From Flectonema sp. DT1601 (Eukaryota), in contig OZ025800.1 of NCBI GenBank assembly GCA_964019425.1, positions 992,001 through 1,056,000 of the forward strand: 64,000 bases of DNA, read 5' to 3'. The notes under the pieces were generated by a model. That model was given only the letters and a program-made list of their open reading frames with translations. It was not told the origin of the DNA and searched no databases. Below are positions 56,530 to 64,000 of this stretch, piece by piece (position 1 is the stretch's first letter; every line of letters begins with the position of its first letter). A program made the translations under genes and the position numbers.

Positions 56530-56741
56530 TATGAATTATTAACTAGAAAGTTAGTGCTTCCTTAAATGAGTGAGTACAGTCTACAGCGTGTTCTGTCATT
56601 TAGACCCCTCCATCACACAATTATTCAAAATGGGTTGCGCATTTACATTCCTAGTGAAATACACGCGAGTTTTTTTTTTTTTTTTTTTTGCTTTGCATTG
56701 TTACAGTTGGTGATTAAAACTTTTTTTAAGCCCCCCTATTT

Positions 56742-59700
56742 ATGAAGCGAAGTATATATTGTCTAAAAATGACTCTCCCTGCTGGTTGGAAGATAGATGC
56801 GAAGAGGGTTCTCCCTGAGTACCTCGGAACTGAATTAGTAAGGTACGTTCATGAGTCCTACAAGACTGGTGTGATGTTCGCAAAGGTGAGCGGTCCAGTT
56901 ATTAATTTAGGAATGGGTTTTACAACTGAAATTAATAATAGTAGTGGAGTCACGCATTGTTTAGAACATTTGTGTTTTAAGGAATCAGTTTCACATCAGA
57001 AAGGGGTTCTTGATCTTCTCGCGACTAGATGTGGAAGTGACGGAACGAATGCTTACACAACTGACGACCATACGATGTTTACTTTAAATATGGTGGGGCA
57101 GCCTGCACTTGTTAAAGTTATGCCAGTTTTTGTTAATCATATTCTCGCTCCAAAACTGTCTAATGAGAGTTTTATGACTGAGATATTTCATATTAACGGA
57201 AAAGGTGAAAATCAAGGTGTTGTCTATTCTGAAATGACTGGACGTGAGAATACCGATGATGACCTAATGTGGAACGAAATAACTAAATTATTATTCGGTG
57301 TCGACAGTCCGTATTCTCATGAAGCAGGAGGTCATAGCTCTAAGCTTGCAACGATCACAAACAAGGAAATAACAGATTATCACAAAAACACGTATACAAC
57401 TGACAACTTAAATGTCATCATCACAGGTGATGTCTCACATCATGAAGCTCTGTTAGCATTGTCTAATGCTTTAGATACTTCTATTTCAGATGGTGCATCT
57501 GTCATTTGTAGGAATAGAGGATTCTCATCACTCATGTCACAACCAACAGATGAGGATCGCAAATCAAAGGGTCGAGGAATTGTTTATTACCCTTCCGATG
57601 ATACTTCTCAGGGAACTCTTATGTTCGCTGCTAAGATTCCAGGTGGTATCGGAAACTTAAAGAACCCTGTCGCTGCTGATGTTGTTCTTAGATTCTTCAA
57701 ATCAATACCAAGCAGTCCGTTGAATCAAAGTTTTGTACACATCGATGAGCCAATCGCGTCGTACGTGACCGGAGGTGTAGAGATGTCAGTAGAACCTTAT
57801 CTTTATTTACAATTTTGTGGAGTACCATATTCAATGAATGAAGAACTTGCAGAGGGGGTTGAACATGAGGAGATAGTTGATTCAGAAACAAAAGAACATG
57901 AAGAGGAAGAAGAAGATTGTGACACTGAATGGTTTACTGATGACCAGTTTAGAGATCTTCTTATTGAGGAGATAAAAAAGATAATCGAATCGTTAAAAAC
58001 AGATCCAAAATCATACCAATCCCTCCAGCACTCTCTCCGCAAAGAAAGAATCAGCGATCAGGAAGATTTCGAAGACGATCCTCATGAGACTCTTCTCGAT
58101 GGAATTATTCCAGATTTGATATTTTCGGAGTACCCTGGTCATAATTTAAACTTCGGCGATCACATTGATCGTTGTCCCCAGTTCGATTCCCTGCTTGAAA
58201 AAGACAAGTCATGGTGGATTGACTTTATCACTGAGGCATTCCTCACACCCCTCATCGATAATACAGCTGCTGAAGTTAAAGCAATTCCATCAGAAAAACT
58301 GAGTAAGAAAATTAAACGTGACAAGGAAAAGGTGACGAAACAAAACATTAAAAGATTTGGCAAGGCTAGTCTTTCAACTTTGCAATCACATGTTGATAAA
58401 GCGGAGGAGAAAGAAAAAGTGAAACTATCAGACGATGTAAAAAACAACTTTCCAATTGAAACCAAACTATCAGAAATTAAAGAGATTCCACGAACACTAT
58501 CTCACACTAAAGATTCTAAGTCATTGGAAGTGATGGATGTGGGAATTGAATCGTGTTTTATTACAACGAGAGTGTTTTTTAACTACCAGAGTGCTCCCTT
58601 AGAACTCGCACGCTATGCTTATCTCCTAAACGAGTTGCTTTTAGAATCTGACAGCAATAGTTTAAACTACAAACAAACCTGTGAGAAGTTAGATGAAGAC
58701 TTCGTAACCTCATTCAGTAGTATTGGAAGATACAGTAGCTTTATGAGAGTTACAACTGCTCCTCATATTTTTGGACTGGCATTTTATAGTGAACCTGATA
58801 AAGCGGGGTTAATCTCTGAATGGGTATCTGATTTATTATTAAAAACTAAAATAAATCCTGATTGTTTAAAGTCTAAGTGTAAGAACCTCCTCTCTGACAT
58901 ATCAGAAAATTCCTGCGATCAGAATGCAATGGCTGATCAGGCGATGGTGTTGTCGACGTATGATGTGTGTAGTTATCCAGTTTTGAATTCTATGTTTTCA
59001 CAAAAACTTTTCTTAAAAAGATGTCTTGAAGATCTGCCATTGACAATGGAAAAACTTAATGAACTTTTAAAGTATTTATCTCATTCTGATACACCAGCTG
59101 CTGCTGTTGTTGGTGGTTCTGATGAAGGAACTCGAAAGGAAGTCATCAAAGGATTGGGAGATGTGTTGGCACCTCGTCCTCATTTGTTTTCAAAATTTAA
59201 CATCGGAGATGAAATTCGAAACAAACGAACCTTCAAATCTGAAAAGAGTTTTGTATACGGTATGGCCAGCGCTGACACAGCGACTATCCATTTGATTATT
59301 CCTTCAGGTATTAACCCTCAATCTGATCCTAAACAATCTCACGCTCTTGACGTACTTTGTGAATCCATATCAATGCAAGACTCTGAATTACAATTAGCAA
59401 TTCGTGGTAGAGGTCTGGCTTATCACGCGTCTGTTTATTGTTCAAAAACTAGTGGTGATATCATTGTTTATATCGACAGCTGTACTAACGTTGAGAAGTG
59501 TATTGAGGGAGCACTCGAAGTCTTGCGTGATATTCCTGACTTGGAAGCTTCTCAAGTGCTAAGTGATTTCTCGATTAGAAATTCAAAAGGTTCCACTACA
59601 TACACCTGTAAGAGTGCTCGTGCTACGTCTCCAGATACAATTTCTCAGGTGACGGGAGGTTGTTTCCGTCAGTGCTTTTCTTTAGAAGAATTGGCGGCAC

Positions 59701-59945
59701 GTGAATCTCACATTGATGACATTACTTATGAAGATTTACTTTCAGTTTATAATAGTCACATTTCTCGACTTCTCGATAACACTACAGATTTAGTCGTTGC
59801 TGTCGTTTGTAATTCTGCTGATGTGGACCGAACTGTTGAATCTGTGAAACAACTCATGGGAATCAGTCCGACACCATACAAGTCGAGTTCTGATTTATTT
59901 ATTGGATTTGATAAGTTGGTATCCAACTCAATTGAGGGAAAGTAA
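56742..59945 (+). CDS. M16 (insulinase-family, M16C/presequence-protease-like) zinc metallopeptidase
   Basis: Inverted zinc motif HCLEH, NAYT, GVVYSEM and C-terminal IRGRGLAY; ~1060 aa. The start may be ATG 56769. Confidence 0.92.
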   Translation: MKRSIYCLKMTLPAGWKIDAKRVLPEYLGTELVRYVHESYKTGVMFAKVSGPVINLGMGFTTEINNSSGVTHCLEHLCFKESVSHQKGVLDLLATRCGSDGTNAYTTDDHTMFTLNMVGQPALVKVMPVFVNHILAPKLSNESFMTEIFHINGKGENQGVVYSEMTGRENTDDDLMWNEITKLLFGVDSPYSHEAGGHSSKLATITNKEITDYHKNTYTTDNLNVIITGDVSHHEALLALSNALDTSISDGASVICRNRGFSSLMSQPTDEDRKSKGRGIVYYPSDDTSQGTLMFAAKIPGGIGNLKNPVAADVVLRFFKSIPSSPLNQSFVHIDEPIASYVTGGVEMSVEPYLYLQFCGVPYSMNEELAEGVEHEEIVDSETKEHEEEEEDCDTEWFTDDQFRDLLIEEIKKIIESLKTDPKSYQSLQHSLRKERISDQEDFEDDPHETLLDGIIPDLIFSEYPGHNLNFGDHIDRCPQFDSLLEKDKSWWIDFITEAFLTPLIDNTAAEVKAIPSEKLSKKIKRDKEKVTKQNIKRFGKASLSTLQSHVDKAEEKEKVKLSDDVKNNFPIETKLSEIKEIPRTLSHTKDSKSLEVMDVGIESCFITTRVFFNYQSAPLELARYAYLLNELLLESDSNSLNYKQTCEKLDEDFVTSFSSIGRYSSFMRVTTAPHIFGLAFYSEPDKAGLISEWVSDLLLKTKINPDCLKSKCKNLLSDISENSCDQNAMADQAMVLSTYDVCSYPVLNSMFSQKLFLKRCLEDLPLTMEKLNELLKYLSHSDTPAAAVVGGSDEGTRKEVIKGLGDVLAPRPHLFSKFNIGDEIRNKRTFKSEKSFVYGMASADTATIHLIIPSGINPQSDPKQSHALDVLCESISMQDSELQLAIRGRGLAYHASVYCSKTSGDIIVYIDSCTNVEKCIEGALEVLRDIPDLEASQVLSDFSIRNSKGSTTYTCKSARATSPDTISQVTGGCFRQCFSLEELAARESHIDDITYEDLLSVYNSHISRLLDNTTDLVVAVVCNSADVDRTVESVKQLMGISPTPYKSSSDLFIGFDKLVSNSIEGK

Positions 59946-60366
59946 TTTTGACGAACTTCTCTACATAATCACATTTGAGAAAATCCTAATGTCGGTTATT
60001 CGGAATTGGATGTTCGGTGTGGCTGCAGAATAATATGAACTACCAAGGTCAAATTCCAAGAAGAAAAGTAAAGTAAACAAAAAAAAAGAAAAAAAAAAAA
60101 GAATAATTGTGGCTCAAGCAGCATCTAGCCAAACCTGCAGAGATGGAGAGAGTGAAATAGAGAGTGTGTGAATGAAAATAATCAGGGAACTGGGGAGAGG
60201 ACTGATTGGAAAGGGACAAACAAAATAAAAAGAATTGGATATGTATAAATATTACCATCATATTTATGTAGTGTGATGGTTCTTCAAAATTAAATACTTT
60301 TTTTACAATCATTTATCCACCCCGTCAGTTACGAAGATAGAGCGCAACACCCCAACTACAAATAAA

Positions 60367-61704
60367 ATGGGAAGATTCAACTGCACTGTTCAGATTCCCG
60401 TTTTGAACTCTTCGCAGCCAAGAGTGTTGTCGCCTTCTCAAAGAAGTCCAAAGGCATGTGGATGTGAGGGACTCGCTGAAGTTGCGCAAGTGATCCGCGC
60501 CAACCAATCAAGAAGTGCGCTACCAACTCAACCAGAAGCAGTGCAAGTATTTGATCCGGTTAATAAGAAACAATACTCTCTTAAGTTTATTGGATCAAAG
60601 AAATACTCTGAGTGTGATGAACCTCACAGTGACATCATTCCAACAGTTGGGCTCAGTACGTACTTCACTTCTAAGATGTCAGGAGTGAATAAAAGATTCT
60701 TTCTGTGCAAACAATATCAAAACAACAGATGTCGGGCCTTTTACAACTGCAACAGCATCCACGCCTGCAGAAAATCCGTCTCTGAGCTACGTGCTGCCCA
60801 TCCTCCAACTAAAGAAGCGATGGAAGCAGATATCCTTATCCCAGTTTACAGTGCTGAGGAGGATGAACAGTTTGTTGTTCCAATGGATAAGACTGAAGCA
60901 ACTGAAGGAAGAGACATCACTCGATCAAGAGAATCTGCTGGTCTTCTCTGTGCTGCTTATGAAACTAAACACAGCAGGTGTACTGCTGGAAGACTTTGTC
61001 CAAACATTCACGTTGACAGTAATCACATGAAACACGTTAAAGAAATGTGGAAGTTACCATGTTGCAGTGACAAGGCATGTATTGGTGCCGCTGCTGGGTC
61101 AGTTCAATTCCCGAGAGTTAACGGACATGACTTCAGAGGTGTTGTAATTCTCGACAACAGAAATGGTCGCCACCAGCCACACATCCTCTCTCGTAGCGCT
61201 GTTGGGGTTACCCGCGGGCTGCTTGAGTTGTGTGCAAGAGGAGATGCAGCATACGATGCGGCTGGTCAAATATTAAAGGTTTCTCAAGGAAAGCTGTGCA
61301 GACCGCACCAGCGCAAGGCCTGCAAGTGGGGGTCGAGTTGCAACAACGTTCACGTCTGCAGACACAAAATGATCGAATTCAGTGCGGTGTCAACTTCTGC
61401 TTCATCCTCAGAGTTCAGTACACCAACTACTTCCCCTCGTCACGTTTGTAGGATTGCTGGAGTTAGAAGTCCAAACTGTTCAAATGCATCGTCACCAGCG
61501 TCTTCACCAAAGGCATCACCTCGTATCGTATTACCACAGGCTACATCAAACCCTGTTCCTGTTGTGCCTCACAGTATGACTATTCCTACTCCTGGGGCAC
61601 TAGTACTTCCAGTAGAGTCGTCGTGTAGTCTGACTCCTATTTTGTCATCATTTCGTGAACACCATTTGCCAACGGGAGGTATTAATGGATTTATTTTAGT
61701 CTAA
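60367..61704 (+). CDS. CCCH zinc-finger (putative RNA-binding) protein with three fingers and an S/P-rich tail
   Basis: CKQYQNNRCRAFYNCNSIH, CAAYETKHSRCTAGRLCPNIH, CRPHQRKACKWGSSCNNVH. Confidence 0.85.
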   Translation: MGRFNCTVQIPVLNSSQPRVLSPSQRSPKACGCEGLAEVAQVIRANQSRSALPTQPEAVQVFDPVNKKQYSLKFIGSKKYSECDEPHSDIIPTVGLSTYFTSKMSGVNKRFFLCKQYQNNRCRAFYNCNSIHACRKSVSELRAAHPPTKEAMEADILIPVYSAEEDEQFVVPMDKTEATEGRDITRSRESAGLLCAAYETKHSRCTAGRLCPNIHVDSNHMKHVKEMWKLPCCSDKACIGAAAGSVQFPRVNGHDFRGVVILDNRNGRHQPHILSRSAVGVTRGLLELCARGDAAYDAAGQILKVSQGKLCRPHQRKACKWGSSCNNVHVCRHKMIEFSAVSTSASSSEFSTPTTSPRHVCRIAGVRSPNCSNASSPASSPKASPRIVLPQATSNPVPVVPHSMTIPTPGALVLPVESSCSLTPILSSFREHHLPTGGINGFILV

Positions 61705-64000
61705 AAAAATTGATTAAATTCAGTGCAATGTCAGCTTCAGCACGTCACGATTAGTGGGATTCCAATAGGGTTGAATTGACCCTGTTGTGTCCTATTGCAT
61801 GGCTCCTGATTTTGGGGTGTTGGTACTTGAGATAGAGTCTTGCAGTCTGACACCTATTCTATCTTCGTTCTGTAAGCATTACTCAAGTTAGTACACCAAA
61901 ACTGTATATTCTCCTTTTACGGTTTTATTGTACTTCTCATTCTCAGAGGGCTTATTAGTACACAATTTCCCCCTTTCTTTTTACGATGTCTTAGCATTTT
62001 CCCAGTGCTCCCCCACCCACCGCGACTTTTTGCTGCTTTTTGCTATACTCACGTATGTGTTGATTTTGCAAGTTCTTTTTTTTTTTTTTTTCGTTTTCGA
62101 TATGACTAGGCACACACTGAATTGCCCAATCTCTTTCAACGTTTGTGCAAACGTCTCTTTTAGAAGTGGTGGTGGTTTGACATTGGGTTAAACCGAAAGA
62201 AAAGACAAAAAAAAAAAAAAAAAAAAAAAAAAGATTTTTTTTTTTTCCCTTTCATCTTTTTATAAAGAATAGAAATAGAAAACAAGAATTAAGAAGAAAA
62301 AAAAAAAAAAAAAAATGAGGCATTCGGCCAACTTTCCACACCCATGCAACCATCAAGACTCACAGTTCACCTACACGTGGATGTAGCAGCTGGGGTTGCT
62401 TGTATCTATTTTGGCAGTGAGTAATGGCTGTTGTAACATTGTATAAATAAAAGAACCTGAAATATCTACTCGTCCCTGAAAGTCTTCCGAGCAGAAAAAA
62501 TTGGTCGGAAGGTCTATGATATCACATGGATTCAAAAAAAAAAAAAAAAAAAAAAATTCCAAAATATTTCAAAATTCAAATATCAATATTTCAAAGATTT
62601 AGAAAAAAATAAAATAAAAAACCAAATAAAGGAAAGGTTTATATGCTTTCTGATTTTAGGTAACAATCAACGTAACCAATTTTTTAATAATTAAAAAAAA
62701 AAAAAGAAGGAAAAACCAAACATAATTTTTCGTGTGCTAGGTTCTGAGAGCCTGACAGCCCGTTCCTCTTTTATTCAACATCATCTCCGTATATTTTTTT
62801 TTTTTTTTTTTTTAAAATTCTGTTTATGCTATTCTATTTTCTTTTTTTTCCCCCTTTTTCAAATAGGTTCGTCAGTGCTTCTCAGTCTTTTTTATAATAT
62901 CATTCCTTTTTTTTTTTTTTTTTTTTCCCTTTACATTCCTTGAGACTTCACGAAAAAAAAAAAAATAAATAAATAAAATGAAATAAAATAAAATAAAATA
63001 ATTTTCTTACTAATGCCTCATTTTCCTGCCCTTCTTTTTTCTTCTTCATCTCGGTGGGTCCAGCCGGGCTGTTTTCTTCCTCAACTTACCCTCTTATTTT
63101 TGAGGCCCGCTGTAGTGATTAGCAACCTGGGTAGGTTGCCTCGATTGGGGGAGGAAAGGGAAGCCCTCAAAAAAATAAAATAAAATAAAATAACAATTAA
63201 ACCAAAAACTCCTTCATTTTTTATCCCCCTTTTGTGAATTATTTCTTTTCTTTTTTTTTTTTTTTTTTTTTCCATCTCGAAAACATGTTTTTACGAGCGA
63301 AAAAAAAAGAAAATTATGGCAACGTTTTGTTTTTTTAGTTGCGCACACACAAAAAAAAAAAAAAAAAAAAGCGTGAGTTATCATTCAATGAAGTTTAAAT
63401 TCTTTTTCTAAATTAGGGGTAGCCTTCTCAATTTCATTTTTTTTTTAAAATTTTTTTTTAAAAAAACTAGTTGTGGTTTATACTAGTTTACTCATTTCTT
63501 TTCCACTTTCTTTTTTCCCCCTTCTCTTTTAAAATTACTATTTCTTTTAAAAAGGATTAGGTAAAAGGATCGTGGTTCAATGTTAGTAAATTCATCCCAT
63601 GTAGTATTCTCTCCTTTTATTATTTTTTTTTTTTTATTTGTTTTTAATTTTAAAAAAAAAAAAAAAAAAAAAAAAGGAAAGAGTAAGATTAAAGTTCTTT
63701 TTTTCCTGATTTTCCCCCTCCTCAATCTTCCTTTTCTTTTTTTTTTTTTTTTTGGTCATTTTAAAAATCAGCAGAATTATCTTTTTTTTTTTTTCCCCCA
63801 TTCTTTTTTCCTCCGAAGAAGGTCCGCGTTTTCTTCTCTCTCAAATCTGTCTTTCCGATCTCCTTTTTGCTCTTCCTTTGTGATGAGGATAAGTAATACT
63901 GATTTTCTATGAGTTATTGAACAAGAAAATAACAACTTGAAAAGTATTATATGAATCTCTTTATTCACTCATTCAACTTCCCTCCTTTTTTGTTGTGTGA

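Noticed and set aside
61900..64000. Short Phe/Lys-rich ORFs here and in 1200-5200 and 13300-15600
   Set aside because: Products of poly-A/poly-T tracts in UTR or intergenic DNA.

Overview
AT-rich eukaryotic DNA, probably from a euglenozoan-like protist. That assignment is inferred: every credible gene lies on the + strand, pyrimidine-rich AG acceptors sit just before start codons, and the short GTATG...CAG introns have A/C-rich 3' ends. Ordinary genes flank two unusual blocks. The ordinary genes encode a CIPK/SNF1-type kinase, a 1616-aa coiled-coil repeat protein, a 5-exon amino-acid transporter, a Cys-rich surface protein, an LRR protein, a catalytically degenerate phosphagen kinase, a small CaaX protein, an M16 peptidase and a CCCH zinc-finger protein. 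Block 1 (15604-40912) is a head-to-tail array of exactly nine near-identical ~2.8-kb units, each encoding an orphan 426-434-aa protein. Block 2 (about 41000-49300) holds three tail-anchored ParB/Srx-like genes built on duplicated 5' DNA of the neighbouring surface-protein gene. They are separated by stacks of short retroposon-like modules. One module class ends in (CTAA)n tails and includes a complete type I hammerhead ribozyme fold (45113-45184) plus degenerate relatives. The other class inserts at CCCC(T)CAG sites with target-site duplications. This hammerhead-bearing, self-targeting cassette stack is the best candidate for an undescribed system. All calls were made by eye; no searches or folding programs were run.
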